DNA of 63,997 nucleotides, the filler included, from Sphacelaria rigidula (taxonomy: Eukaryota), in assembly GCA_964200075.2 (NCBI GenBank). It is 3 parts of 3 records of this genome, joined end to end, with 100 filler letters (N's around TTAATTAATTAA, not from the genome) between each part and the next. Parts side by side here need not be neighbours in the genome. Positions count along the whole stretch, not along the records: positions 1 to 21,713 come from CAXNAA020000391.1; 2 more parts are not named here. One strand, written 5' to 3'. Made by a program: the position numbers and the translations under genes. Each line of letters begins with the position of its first letter. Position 1 is the first letter of the stretch. The notes under the pieces were generated by a model that saw only the letters and a program-made list of their open reading frames with translations, ran no database searches and was not told the origin of the DNA. Positions 1 to 13,989 of this stretch are shown one piece after another.

Positions 1-271
1 AAAAGGGTACTCTCACAGGCTCTCATTTTCGGCGCGGTAGTTTAGCCCAGTAACACTTATCAAAGTGAAAGAAATGGTGGGATATGCAGCCCAGAGACCT
101 TGGGCGTGGGGCTGGGGTCCTGGAACGTGTTTTCGAGGTGTTGAGCCAGCGTGCAGCGCCGCGCGCCAAAGCGAAAAATGCGCTACCCTTTTTTGCTCCA
201 AAAGCACAAGGGTGTACCCTTTTTTGTATGTTGCCCAATAAAAATTGGCTTAAGACTGGGGTCCCATGCAC

Positions 272-610
272 CGTAGGCAAGGTAGATACCCTACCGTACC
301 CGCCCAATCGGGTATTTTCAAATGTCGTACCTACGATACCCTCGATACCTTCGATAACACGGTATTTCGAGATTTCAATACCTACCGTACCCGCTCAATC
401 AGGTATTTTCAAATCTCATTCCTACAATGCCTACGATACCTACGCTACCACGGTTTTCGAGTTTTCAATACCTGCTGTACCCGCTTCATCCGGTATTTTC
501 AAAACTCATACCTACGATACCCACGCATACTACGGTATGGGATACCCCGGTAAATACCGGGGGTATACACGGTCAATACCGGGATTGTACCCGGGAAATA
601 CCGGACGCGA
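272..610. repeat. Second copy of the same MITE-like family (~90-bp units)
   Basis: Three units starting near 291, 382 and 472. Shares ACGGTATGGGATACCCCGGTAAA with 1895-2220. Confidence 0.7.
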
Positions 611-1894
611 TGCACTCCCCACGGTTTAGCAGGTGGCCCCAACTTACATGGGCCAGGAGTTGTGGTACGTCTTGTTTTCACGAGTAATATACACCAAGAT
701 TCCCCCTGGCTTTCGTGTTCGGATCGATTCGAATGAACCTATTATGTAGTAGTATGAAGTGCGGTCGAATTCTGAATTGATAGGTCCCCCGCATTTGTGT
801 TCCTAGAAGGCTTGAGCTCAAATTTATAATAAGTAGCGTGCGGATGAAAACTACAAAACAATAAAGCAATAAAGCTGAGCCTTTTCGATCGAAAACATGC
901 GGTCGAAAGGCACAAAGCGACACTTGACTCTTATTTTACAGACCACAACGCCACGTAACACCCGTTCACAGAACCATGCAAACTCCATCCAACTAATTCT
1001 CAGCTACCACCGCAACCCTGCAGCATCGAGTACGAGTTGAGCACAGGGAACAAGGTTTTCGTAAGATTGAGAATAGAGCGCTGATTGAGAATGGCTTTGA
1101 TCATTCGCTCTAACTTGAGCTAATTATTTATTCCGTGTGTGCTTTTCTCTGCCTCCATCACTGGCGTGTGCTTACAGCTACACGTCGACTTCTTATTCAG
1201 GGATATCAAGAGCCTCAGTGACAGCCTACTGCAAAAAGCATATCGAGCCTCGTGGAAGGGCATTTCGGAACGAAACGATTCATTCACTAATTGCCCATTT
1301 TCCACTCTCGATCGTATCCTCTATACTCTCAATCTCACGAAAACAATATTAGGGATACATACACTGCAGTAGTTGGGTATGCTTTAATTTTTTGTTGGCG
1401 AAAACAAGCGCATCTTCTTTCTTGCTAGGATCAGCGACGGAACTACGTGGTACCGTGGGCAACCGAGTCGCGTACACGCTCATGGACAGTACAGGCAGTA
1501 CAAAGCTGTACGTTGTTGAAGTCCTTTTCACGTGGCTTTGTAACCGAAGAGAGCTGATAGTCCTGGCTTGTCTGCACCGCACGTTGCCGGCTTCTCTCTG
1601 AAATCCTACTGTACGAAACACGCACACACGCGCTCAAGACACACTGCTTGCAAGCAGTGCACACAGTACAGACTGTACTGTACAAGAGTGACCATGTACT
1701 GTTTCACGAATTTCACTGTTCTTTTTCGATCGAAAGCTTGAAAACTCGCTTGGGCTCAACTCGACAAAAATGAGCGATTTTTGCTCAAATCAATTCCACC
1801 GCCCCATTTTTTCGACTGAAAAAAAAAGTGCTAAGGCACGCCATGAAACGCTTCTCCGCACTGCCGGATCGCAGTTTTGAAATCGGTTTAGAGG

Positions 1895-2220
1895 GTAGGG
1901 TAGGTACCCGGTACCGGTATGTGGTACATCTCATACCCTGCCGATACTGACCCGGTCGGGTAGTTTCAAATGTCATACCTACGATACCCACGATACCACG
2001 GTATTTTGAGATACCAGTACGTACCGTACCCTCTAAATCAGGTATTTTCAAATGTCATACCTACGACACCTACGATACCGCGGAATTTCGAGATTTCAAT
2101 ACCTACCGTACCCGCTCAACCAGGTGTTTTCAAAACTCATACCTACGGTACCCACGCATACCACGGTATGGGATACCCCGGTAAACACCGGGGGTACGCT
2201 CGGTACGGTACCTTACCTAC
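1895..2220. mobile_element. MITE-like element with internal ~81-bp tandem units
   Basis: TIR GTAGGGTAGGTACC...GGTACCTTACCTAC; internal units ACCGTACCC..CAGGTATTTTCAAA.TCATACCTACG. Confidence 0.65.
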
Positions 2221-2354
2221 GATTCCCGTGGACTGGTCTGTTCGTGTTCGTTTTTCTTTCGTTGCTTTTCTCTGTTTTTTTGCTCTGTTAGATCTCTCAT
2301 TTCTCTTCCATCGCCCCACTTTATTGAGTTTCTTCTAGCGTGTATTCTCCGGGG

Positions 2355-2835
2355 GAATTTTCTTGCGACCGCGTGCGTCTTGCGACCGCGGCTGTGTACG
2401 TCGCGGGTTGTTGCAGATGTCACAATCGCTGCCAAACCCCCCCTCCCTCCCCTTCCCCCCCAGAGGAGACATTGCCGTTCCATCGACAGGTGTGGATGTT
2501 GCTCGTAGCTGCGGCAATCGACGGATGCACTAGCTGTATGTACAGGTTAGGGAAGGACATCAATGAGTCAGTCGAGGGGCGTGAAATGCAGAAATGAACT
2601 TCACGCCCCTCGACTGACTCATTGATGCCCTTCCCTTACCTGTACACACAGCTAGTGCATCCGTCGATTGCCGCAGCTACGAGCAACATCCACACCTGTC
2701 GACGGAACGACAAACCCCCCGGGTGGGAAGGGTGAGGGGGGTTGGCAGCACGTGATTGATTGCTTGATTGATCGTGACAAATTCACCAACCCGCAACGAG
2801 CACAGCCTCCGTCAGAAGACGCGAGAAAAAAAAAC
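2355..2835. repeat. Long inverted repeat containing an inverted duplicate of MFS exon 4
   Basis: Core arms 2476-2585 and 2600-2709 have 4 mismatches in 110 bp and a 14-nt loop. Diverged outer arms extend to ~2355 and ~2835. The plus-strand exon copy at 2490-2545 retains AG and GT. Confidence 0.93.
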
Positions 2836-5800
2836 GGAGAGTACGCGCTATTTTATCAGCAGCTCTTGTTTCACACATGAGAGTGGCATGACATCTCTTA
2901 TAGGGCATTTCGGGTCCTTAAGAAAAGACCGCGACAGTTCCCTGCCGCATGCAGCTTCACGCGAGGAGACCACGCAAAACACAAGGGAAGACATATACAC
3001 TGTCTGTACGGTCGCATGAGCTTGTACAGTGTACTTATCTGCAGCGCTTTTCCAGCTTGGAGCCAGAGTAATCCGTACGTGCGCCGCAAAAACGAATGAA
3101 GGAAATTTCCGTCATCATGAAATGAACCACGCAAGACTGTACAACACCACAGGCCAAGAACGTGACAGTGTGGCTATGACTGATCAAAACGTGCGAAGAC
3201 TTGAAATGACCGCGCCCACGAAACAGGGGTACCTTACAAGTATTTTCGCTCATGGTAATATGTGTCTTTCTTTTCTGTGCGTGCGTAGTTTCAAGATGTA
3301 CGTTTGAACAAATTACACCCGACGGCGGAAAGCACACTTTATCAATGCAACGTCTACTGAACGTGTGTGTGATACTCCTCTGTGTGCATGTGTGTGCAAT
3401 ACATCAACAATTTAAAAACGGATCTCACGAAAATATCGACAAGGCCATGAGGAACAGATCGCCGTCTTTTCCCTCGTCATACCCCCCCCCCCCCTCCGCC
3501 TTCACCATAGCATATCTGCATGGCCAAGTGGACGCGGCGAAAAAAATGAAATTGCGATTTCGGATGGGGGACCTGGACCTTCCAGAAAGAAGAGATACAC
3601 CAGTAGTCGAGAGGAGGAGGAAGTAGATGCACACAATTGCCCCAGTGGCAAAGCAGTAGAGAGCAGAACTCATAGAGTTGCAGAATGTGAACCATAATAC
3701 CTCACGTTGGAAATGAGCACGACTCAACTTGGGGGTTTTCTCGCGTATATTTTTCTACATAACTCGAGTTTGCTAGCGTCGATAGAATTTGGCAAAATAA
3801 ATAGATCGTATTGCCCCCCCAGTGACCAAGTTAGTGTCAGTCGATGTTATCGGGCGATACGAGTAGATACTCCGTTTGTCAAGAGGGTGTTATTGACCGC
3901 GAAACATAATTGTTCGGCTCTAGTGTAATAAGACGGTAGAGTTCCAAAACCTATGCCTTTTTATTTGTTCACAAGTACGATCGGGACAGGCTCGATCGAT
4001 CGAAAATACCGACGAGTCAGAAGCTGGGCTGGAAAGTGGCAGGACCCCCGATGACAATATTGAGTACGGATAACTATATTTCCTTGGAATGTGGAGCGGA
4101 TACTAGTGTCTTCAGGTCCCCAGCCTGATGAGAGGTGAAAAGCGAACGAACCCAAGAAAATCGCCAATAACGAAGAAATCACCAGATTTCCCACTTTGAA
4201 CGTGGGGTACTGTATACAAGGAGAAACGAGACGTGCTAGAGGGGAAAATGCGGGACGTGAACGAAGGTGGCATAGAATCGTTTCATGCATTAGACAGTAG
4301 CGAGAAGACGATGGCCACAATAGGAGATAGATGGCGACCACAGACGGCAACACAGCACGGGGATAAGATATGTAATATGAAATGTTTTTGCGTAATATAT
4401 GAAAGGAACGTCATGAGCACCTGATTGTTGGACGTGTCTCTCCGTCTCGAAAGGGGTGCGTGGTCAATGGTGAAACAACTAAGGTGAGAAACAAATGAGT
4501 ACGCCCCCCCCTTCCCCCCAAGACGAGTCCGTGCTCCCATGGGATCAACCCATCCCTCTCTCATGGTGACTGCCGTACGATGATTTAGGAGCGTTTTCAA
4601 CAACGCGAATTTCTTCCATTTTACATTCAGGAATTGGAAGGTGAATCTTTTGAGCAAAGCAACTGAGAATATGCGTCGTCTGTTTTTTCAAACAGACGTG
4701 AACCACAAGAAAACAACATCAGCATACTCATCACTCAATCCTGCAGCCCATCCGCATTCGTCGAAATACGGCCAATGATCCTTGTCACGCTTTCCAGCCA
4801 TGGAAACATACAAGAACAAGAAAATATTGCTGTCGGAGAACGAACCCCCAACATGATGCCGTGAACCGAAGTTGACGTCCAGATACCACCACCTTGATCA
4901 TTGAACAACAATTTTTCCACCTGAGAAATACCCCCCCCCCCCCCCCTCAACCCCACGTAAGAAGGAACAAAAAGTTACACGCGACTGCCAACCAAAGGAG
5001 ATGAGGACGACTTTGGCGCTTCGTGTGCGCTTGATGATGCACAATATAATTAAAAACAGGTGTACGTAACCCTTGTGCCTGCAGGAAAGGTCGATCAACA
5101 ACAGTTTTTGAAGAAATATTTTATATGCGGGTAAATACCTCCCCCCGCCCGGCTAAAGATGGACGCATCGCCTTCTGTAAAAGAGCACGAGCCATGGTCG
5201 CTCTCGAACAAAAAACTTTGAACAATAAAAAAAACACCATAATAAAAACTCGGCTGCGATCTCGCTTTCGAAGGAAAATAAGAGTAACGAACTCATTCAA
5301 ACTAATGAAAACGCCCCTCCCTCCCGCCATCCCCACCTTTCGACTGAAGTATGTTATCGTGAACCCGGTGCCCAGCCCCAGAGCGCTTAGCGCCATGAAT
5401 GGCCGGCGCCCGTACTTGTCGCTCATGCTGGCGTGAAAGTTCACCGTAAGGAGGGTAAAGAAAGCATCCGTCGAAGCGAGAAGACCGTAAACCGTAGCAG
5501 ACTTAGCTGTCACCTGAGAGACCGTATCATATTCAGGCAGGTGTTGCGGGCAAGGTGGGGAAGGGGGATGGGGGTGAGCGTGGGGTTTGGGGATGTACTT
5601 ATGATGATGCATGTCGGAGTCGTGGGACCATTGACCTTGCATCCCTACAATGCCGAGATGGAGCACGCCGGGTGTTCGCCGGACCAGGGTCGCAATCACC
5701 AATCACCAAGCGCAGAGCGCCGTGATGTGTTCGGCGAGTTGAATGAAGGGTGAGCTGCATCCTGCTAAAAATGTTCAGCCCGAAGCGCACTATTTGTCTT

Positions 5801-7994
5801 GCGTATGAATGTCAGCCTACAATGAGCTGCTACATATTTTGGTATCGCCACTCCCAGAGACAGCTCGGGGGTTGGGGGGTGGTCTGCGCAGAATCGTTAT
5901 TTTCCTGCAAGCAAACACTACGGTGAGATCACCAACCTCTCCCCAACAGGACCGATTTGAGTGCTGGTCAGCCGCGCTAATCTTGTATGTAGCAGTTGTC
6001 AAACAGTTTCATCAAGGTGGAGGGTCGGGAGAGGGTGCAGGGTGCGGGCGAGTGGAGATGGCGGAAAGAATAGACAGAAAAATACGATAGAATCTTGGAG
6101 GTACACAGCTTTTCATCTACAGTAAACGTATGTAAATGTACGGCTGTACACGTTCTACACTGCACGGGGGGGGGGGGAAATCAGTCACATGAGCGAAGGC
6201 CTACAGGAAAACGAAATGCAGTTGTCGACCTTGGACAAGGGGGCGCCAATATGTGTTGCTAAAATAGCGCAGTCGCATGGTATTCTTCGAGCTTCAAGAG
6301 CAGTGCCTTTGGACATGCATCCTTACAGCTTTGGCTATAATACATAATAATACATATATGCCATGATCGCCGGGTCGTGATGTGCTTATATTTCAACCCA
6401 AAAACGTACAGGTGCTGACCGAGGGAAAAAAGCAACTGGTCCTTCACAATTATGGTAACGTCCCGCTTCAACAGGGTAGCATCTGTACAGACAGCTTGTC
6501 ACATGTGTCAATGTTGATCCTACAGCATAAAGGTTTGAGCTTCGAGTGGCTATACTGTCCACAGGGGGGAGGCACCGGGTCCATTTTTCGTCAAATATTT
6601 TTCACCACTCACGTCTTCAGGCTTTACACGACAGAAATCAGCTACCGCCTGAGGGGGAAAACTGCATAGAATTGTATCTGTTGGGAATTGAACTCCCTAC
6701 TCCATCCAAGCTGGCTGGCTGTAAGCTGCATCGGTTACACCCCCGGGGCGCGGCGGTCAGTTTCTCTTCAATAAACAATGGCGCATGTGATTCCATAATT
6801 ATCGTACCGTCCAAAGATGGAATACACATAAGAATGTACAGTTCTCTTCCGGCCAAAGCCCGCACTCGAATTTTGCATTTAAATTTCACCGGGAGAAGAA
6901 GAGAACTCCTGCGGTACTCGTAGATATATATATTGCTGCAGAGACGGGCCGTGCCGTACCACAAAAAATAAAAAATCGCGATGTACAAGGCGTCCAGTTG
7001 GATGGGCGCAGGTCAGCAACGACACGGAAGTACCGTAGACTGCTGCAAAACACGTTCGGTCAAGAACGAAATAATTATGCCCGAAAAGACCTTCCGCTCC
7101 CGGTGGAGAAACGTACCGCCTTGGAGCCGGTGATCATCTCGTTCACGACTCTGGGTAGTCCCGGAATAGTCAACGCCATAGCCAGGACGTACAGGAACGC
7201 TGAGAACATGGGCCACCTGTCATTTTGAAAATCGTGTGTGGGGTATAACAGCAATCTGCGTTTACAATTATTTGCCTGGGCGACACAGTCAGGGGCGGTG
7301 TTTTCCAGAAACGGCCTCTCATGTGCAGGAATCGCCATAAGCAGGGTCCTCGGCCACACACCTGCCATGAGAGCTGACAGCTCGTGCAAGGTGGACAAAT
7401 CGTTTCGTTCTGCCACCCCCCCTCCCCTCCCTGCCCCCGAAAGTAGGCGGTGGGTGTAGGTCGCCAGTGACGGCTGAAAACATTGAGCGCGCTAGACAAG
7501 GTTCATAACACGTATTGGCGATCAACAATATCAACAATATAGGCGAAAAAAATGCGTATGGCTCTGCGCTGTTTACCGGCATCACACCCGAGGAGTACCC
7601 CAGAACCTCGTTGCTGACATCACTTTTTGTCCCCCCCCCCCTGCCCACCTCTCTTCCCTCTTGTTTTTTCGCGCACACACCTAAAACTAATCCCCGAGCC
7701 TTCTCCCTTCAGAGTCTTGGTAGTTTTCTGGTGGATCTTTGCTCTTCCTTTCTTAGCGCTGTCTCGCGCCCGCCCGCCGCCGCGCAACGTCACGGCCAAG
7801 GTGGCGGTGGTCGAATTGTCCTCCTTCATCGTGCTTCCCACATAGGCCGCTCTCCGAGCCGCAGCAGAAGCACCAGCACGGCCACCATCACTCGCTACTA
7901 CCGTGTGGTGAATATCTATTGGTGGTGGCGCTGCCTTTTGTCCTTCGTCCTCTACAAGCAAGCCAGGCTTCGAGTCGTCCACGCTGCTACCCAT
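2640..7994 (-). CDS. Major facilitator superfamily transporter (Tet/DHA1, MFSD14-like), 5' exons only
   Basis: Exons 7994-7681, 7216-7117, 5513-5337, 2695-2640 join in phase. They encode TM helices PMFSAFLYVLAMALTIPGLP and YGLLASTDAFFTLL, MFS motif A (ASMSDKYGRRP) and VWMLLVAAAIDGCTSC. Downstream exons were not found in the window. The start codon is uncertain. Confidence 0.8.
3500..3720 (+). mobile_element. LINE ORF2 3' remnant (post-RT Cys/His region)
   Basis: Frameshifted YLHGQVDAAKKMKLRFRMGDLDLPERR / YTSSREEEEVDAHNCPSGKAVESRTHRVAECE resembles a LINE C-terminal zinc-knuckle region. Confidence 0.65.
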
Positions 7995-9024
7995 GTCATC
8001 GAGATGTCCACCTCGGATGCTTAGCAGAACTTGCTCCAAATTGCTGCTGCCGCCGCTGCTACGGTGAGTTCTTCTGCGTGCGTTAACGCCAGCTGTGCCG
8101 GGGAAACCATCACCGTTGCCGCCAGCAATGCTGCCGGTTCGCCGCCATCCGCTGTAGGATCTGTGCAAGGAGGCGGACGTGGCGCACGCGCATGCAGGGT
8201 GTGGCCGTGAAGCGAAGGCCACTTGTCGGTTGTATTTTCTGAAACGCGAAAATGCGAAGGAACATGGTGGTCCGCGCGGCTGTGCAGCGTTCACGGTACA
8301 GAAGACGGTAAGTGTCGGCGTGTGCTTAGTACCCGTTGGTGATAATTATTTTCAACGCGCGCCCCTACTTCCAGTAATTCACTCGACAGGGGAGAACATT
8401 CCACCTCCATGACAAGAATTTCGAAGTAAAGTTTCAAGTTTTCATCATCGTTTTCAATGAGATCACGATACTTTTATGTTTATCGAAAAATCTCGAACGA
8501 CACGCCTACCACATCTTGTTACGAAATCCGCGGTTACACCCTGCAGGTTCGGTAATGAAATCGCAGTGCATATTCGATCATGCTCTGATGAGAAAATAAT
8601 GTACTGATATTCGATGTCCATACTTTACTGCTACATATACTGTACATGTAGTACCCTTGTACTCTGTACTGAAGAAGATACGAAAGATGGGCTGGATGTC
8701 GACTCTTTCTACATTCGTGTACACCTAAAGGCATAGGCATACAGTCAGGCTCCCATTTACATCCTTCGGGGAGGGGATGAGTTGGTACTACCGAAGGTAC
8801 TAGCATCTTGGGGTGGAGGGGGGGAGAGGGATACCGATCCGATGCAACCCTATAGCACGTTTGGTGTCATATTCCAGGGCGGTAATTTGGGTCGGTTATG
8901 TTTTTGGCCCATGTGGGTAAATTGCTAGGGTTGTGACAAGGTAGAAATAAACGAAATCATTTATATATACATATCGGCGAGCACAGTGGACGGTCCAACG
9001 AAGCAAATATCATTCGCAGTGCGG

Positions 9025-9430
9025 GCGCCAATCGACCCCCCTGCGGCTGGCGAGGACGGGCTGTTGGGAGCGCCGCTGAAGGCAAAAAAAGCGCGAAACT
9101 TTCGCTTCATTTCTGATCAAAATTGGTGGTGTTCAGGCCGTGTCTTAGCACATCATATTTCGATCGAAAAAGTGTGGTGGAAAACGAAAATCCCGATCTG
9201 ATTTGTCGTGATTCCAACCATCTTCAAAATAAACGACGATGGTTGAAGTAACGACCTGTCAGATCGGAGTTTTCCTTTTCCAACGCAAATTCTCGATCGG
9301 AATTTTTTTTGCGAAGACACGCCCGCAGGCAGCTGAAGTAAGCAAAAGAAGGTACCACATGATTTCTATAGAAATGTCGATGATGACAATACTAGAAAAA
9401 ATGGTCAGGGGGGTTGGAGGATTGATTCTC
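9025..9430. repeat. Imperfect foldback (MITE-like)
   Basis: Arms ~9135-9222 and ~9238-9330 pair (CCGATCTGA..GTCGT..CAACCATC versus GATGGTTG..ACGAC..TCAGATCGG). Confidence 0.6.
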
Positions 9431-9911
9431 TCTGTTGACAAGAGGGACTGCTTCTGCTGACAACCGGGTATGAGGAAACACACTAAAACCACATTGTCGT
9501 GTGGTTCTCGGTTTATTTTCATGGGTCCTTTGCTTCCTTAGCTTGCGAATACCTACTTTACTTTCATGGCTACTTTTGTTTGCAGAGATCCACCGCCAGG
9601 CGGGATCGCACATGCGTACCCTTTCCATCGTCAGAGCTCACCAAGAGCTGCAGTCGTGTACTTTAGGTCTACAGCTGTGTTGTTCGTCATACAGGTGTCT
9701 GTGTGTTGTGCGGTGATGCGAAGCACGGGGCTGTCAATGAACCCCTTGTTCTCCTGGTTTCACCGGCTTTCTATTCTGTTCAATACCCGCAAAACTATCG
9801 GTCAAATAATCAGTCATTTTTGTTCACTTGATGATATCTTCCCCTTGTCCCAAAAACCCAACCAACCAAACAACCTCACCCTAAAGCGTACACTCTCTTA
9901 GTCATGCAAGA

Positions 9912-10261
9912 TTGTCTTCCCATCCATTCTGGACGCCGGTCTAGACCTTTCGGTATATGTTGGCGCATCAGGCGGGGTCAAACAGGAGAAAGGTCAACAG
10001 AGGAGTTTCTATTTTTTGTTTCTAATGTCCCACCTTCCTGCTGTGGTGCTTGCTTTTCTTTTTCATCGCGAGAAGGGTTCAGCACTCCCTCCCTTTCCTT
10101 CGTCGACAGTCACGTGGAATTTGTGTACCCTCGACATAATCGCTCTCCACCACTGTTGGGCATGGTGTGAGAAAAAATCCCAGATCGCTCCGAGATTTGA
10201 ACCCACGACCCAACCGTCAGAAGGTTTCGTGGTTACCAACTGAGCCACCGGGGTGACCGGC
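9912..10261 (-). mobile_element. tRNA-derived SINE, family 1
   Basis: Minus-strand head GCCGGTCACCCCGGTGGCTCAGTTGG (A box)...GGTTCAAATCT (B box). Homologous copy at 52485-52811. Confidence 0.8.
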
Positions 10262-12149
10262 TCTTTACGTGTGGTATACAGCAACACATATCGACCGATA
10301 GTATCGAATGTATCGATACCTATATACAACCCCATCGATTATCGTTTGATGTGGAGTGAATTTTCCGCATCCTACGGCAAATATGTGCTCGGTATGACAA
10401 CCAACCTCCAAAGAAGACCAACAACAATTGTGTTCGTTACAAAATCTTTCGTCGCGAACAGATTTTCGAATTCGTTCCCGCAATTTTTAATAAATATCGG
10501 TTCGCGAAAAGGGTAACATGCGTGAACACAGCAACCGCTGGGGCACACGCAACAGTACACTGTGACACGCAACCCAACCCGACACAATCGAACATTGAAC
10601 TGAGAACCCCTCTGACCCCATGAATAAAAAACACACAGCTCGAGCCGTAGCTGTTGATCAGCTGAGCACGCTACGTTTGACTTTGGTCAAGTCCGTTCAG
10701 GATCCGATGAAAAACAACTTTTTGTGCCAAACCGGTGTCGGAAATAACCACACATTGCCGGTCAGCGACTGTGCGTTTTCGGTTGAAAACGTTCGCTCGC
10801 GGCCAACTTTCCTTCAACACTGAACAGATTTCCGTCCAAGACTGACGTGTGTGGATGAACAAGAGGTAGCGATGGAGATAATGCACGTGAGCAGGAAGCG
10901 TCTGCGCATCTTTGTTCGGGGCTTGGTACATCGGTGCGTAGGGGTCGTCTTTCTTTGTCGCGTCCTTCCTGTACCGCACGAGATGTTGAACAAACCACCA
11001 CTGCTAGAACCGCCGCATTTACATACGTGTGTGCAGATCTTGCTTGCATTGGACGAAAAATATGATTTCGATAAGACTGAAAGCGGCCGTGGCAGGCACA
11101 ACGCACATTTAGTGAACTGGTTTCATGTGTTGAGACACGGCCCTGTCGAAATGGTTACTCTACTCAGGGAATACTGTGGTGATGTGGCTGTACGGTAGGG
11201 TTGAGTCTGCAAGATGAGTGCTGACTACTGTTGTTCGTCGTCCTTCCTTGTTATCCAGTTTCTCCCGATTTTTTCCTTCGCGGAGTGTTTTCATTCTCTT
11301 CTCATGGGTACGTCTCTTTTAACTGCGGCTGGATTCGCTGCGGATCAGTTAATCTGCGACAACTCATTATCAAGCGGCCAGTCGCGTGTCAATTCCTGCT
11401 TGCCACTGCGGGGGGGAAGGGGTGCACGTTACGTCTCGTTACATGGCGTAAGCGCGAGCGGCGAGAAAAATGTCCCAAACCCCATACCTTGTCCTGGCTG
11501 GTGTGTAGATACCACGAGTGGCGCTCGCAGCGGTGCGACTCCAGCATACTGCCACGAGAGCGAGGAAGAAATGCCGTAACAGCATGGTCTCCAATAGCGA
11601 AGTGTTGTTCAGTACAAACAGGAGTGTTGGATATCCACCTGCAGGTACAACGAGGCACCTACCGTTTGTTCAAGGCCCAACCGGCACCTCTCTGTTGGAA
11701 CATGATATATATTCAGTGTTCGACCTGAATTAGTGTCACGTTCTTTATCTTCCCCACAATAATGCATGGTTGGGTCAGCAAACTGTTTGTCAAACACGTG
11801 GTTACAATACTACCGTTATAAATCTATGTAAAATTCCCATTGGTATGTATTTCATTAACTGGGGCTCAACTCTGGCCACCACAGCGCATGGAATGGCGAC
11901 GGATGTTTGCAAAAAGTTGTTACAAGAGCACAGGATAATTACTGTACAAACGCATTGTCATTTCCCACATTGGCATCCAAACGCGACAGCCACCAAGCCA
12001 CGGCCAGCCACGGAAGCCACACAGGCCACTGCGCCAGCAGTAGGGTGATGGATGCTCACAGTCGCGCCGCACGAGATGATAGCGGCAACCAGCATATGAT
12101 ATGCCGAGAAGAGTAAGCCCCTTGCCGTCGTCGACACCTGCTTCAGCAC

Positions 12150-13050
12150 ACGAAAGGGGGGGCAGCCCCAAACGTTCGAGGGAACGAAGTTGCCCACGAC
12201 GAGATACCGGCTCGAGTATGTCGTCATGCTTCAACAGACCCCCGCCCCGTGCGAATCGCAGGTGTACTGTACACCAAGCAGCGAGGCACTACTCTAATCA
12301 CTCAACTGCACATGTACCGTTCCGATCAATGATCTGAATCGCCACCACTCGTAGAAAACACGACCGAACGACTGGAAGCAAACGCAGACAGTTGGACCGT
12401 AGACAACTTGCAAATCGATTCGTCCAACTGGAGGTGGCCCGCGCCATCGCGGCCCACCTCTACTCCGTAGACCACCGTACAACAACATCCATGGATGATA
12501 GCTTGTGTTACCTCCTCTACTGACACTGCGTGTGTACCGAGCGAGCGGGACAATCCCACCAACACCGTGATACGCGCGCCAACTTGGCTGGTGTGTGACT
12601 GCACCACTCACGCGCAGATCGATACCGCATGGCAGGTGGGGCATGACGCGCGGAAAGCCGTGGAGGTCGCCCTAACCGATGCACCACTCCACAAAGCTAC
12701 GAGTAGAGCTGTGTATGGGTCGGATTTTCGAACATCAATATCAATATACAGAAGAGGTTGACAACCCCAACGCCGGCAGTACATCGGAATTTCGCGATAT
12801 TTTGGCGATGTAGCGGAACAGCTCGAGAGGGCGTAAGCCGCCGCCCCCGACTGATGAGGGGAACTCGTCCGAGGCGCAGCGTGAGGCAGGAAAAGTCTTC
12901 GTGCTGGTTCCATCTCTCTTCGAAACCGAACCCATAGTTGTGCACCGAAAACGGAAAATACTTCCGTACATGGAAAGGCAGACTTCTGCCCAGAAAAGTG
13001 CTGAAAAAAAAGTACGTCGCACAGGGTGCCGCTTGCTGAGGACACTTTTT
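12150..13050 (-). mobile_element. Heavily decayed non-LTR retroelement C-terminus (restriction-like endonuclease type)
   Basis: Fragments in several frames (WSGASVRA, LQLDESICKLST, FQSFGR, VSRRG) recall the RLE-type endonuclease end (ESFGR motif). Recognised from memory only. Confidence 0.4.
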
Positions 13051-13989
13051 ACGATAGCCCGCTCCCCCACCCCCCCCTCAAAGTGGGCGGTTTGGGAGGG
13101 GCGAAATCTACACGGAAATCGAAATGACGAAAGCCGAGCACAACGAGCAGCTGGGAATTCCCACGCTTCGATTCGTTTTCGCCGATGTCGCCGATATGAG
13201 GCGCTTTATGCAGCCTGAAACCAAACATGAGGCGCTGTGTAGCAATTTTGTTCGTGATAGTTTTGGGCTGGTTTTGCGGGTGGGGGTATCGGAGAAAGAC
13301 CCTGTGGTGTGTCGGCAAAGCTATGTATATTGTCAAGAGGAAATATGCCCAGTGAAGCGCACAGTGCTAAGGTGGGCGTATCCGATTCGCGTGCGGCTGC
13401 AGCAGCTCGGCGATCGAGTGTCGAATCCGGGGGACTGCTAGCCGCAGCGTTAGCTGTTGATCTCGAGGGAATGCTCACCACTACACTAGAATAATCAGAC
13501 TCGCTGTTGTCTTCGAAGACATGGAACCAGTGCCGGGAGGTTGTTGATGCTCCTCCCGGTTTCAGGTCAACTGGTCTCCCGCTCTGGGGTACGCTGCGGC
13601 CGCTGTGCAAATATACCGATCGCTTTTCCCATCCAAACTACAAATAACTACAAACTACAAACTGCAGATAGACTGCAGATAATAACGACGAGTAACATGT
13701 TTCGTTGGAGTATTGCCAGAACATGTGTGCATTCGGTGGATTACGACATAAGCATGGGTGGGAATATATTTGTATTTTGATGTCGCTGATTCCCCGAACC
13801 AATATATCGGGATGTATTAGTGACAACAACCAATATGTAATGGTACCGAAAAACAGCTCTACAAAAGCTGTTTTGGTGGCCGACAAAATGCTCAATAGCA
13901 TCTGACAAAACCGCAGTTGGAACGTCCCTCGATAACCTCGTCGAACGCGCGGAACACCCCAGGGTCGAAGGGGACCCAAGCGGTTTATA

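Noticed and set aside
84-629. 181-aa ORF and the similar ORF at 1970-2338
   Set aside because: Translations of the MITE-like tandem units.
632-664. Exon-like plus-strand piece (AG-VAPTYMGQEL-GT) and ORF 1137-1352
   Set aside because: Could not be joined into a recognisable protein.
4735-4920. Possible MFS exon after acceptor at 4921
   Set aside because: The translation is not transporter-like and ends in a stop. The exon at 2695-2640 continues the protein correctly.
10180-10261. tRNA genes at the SINE heads (also 36600-36675, 52735-52811, 56297-56372, 58335-58410)
   Set aside because: A and B boxes are present, but I could not fold a proper cloverleaf, and each head is fused to a shared 200-270-nt body and tail, which is typical of SINEs.
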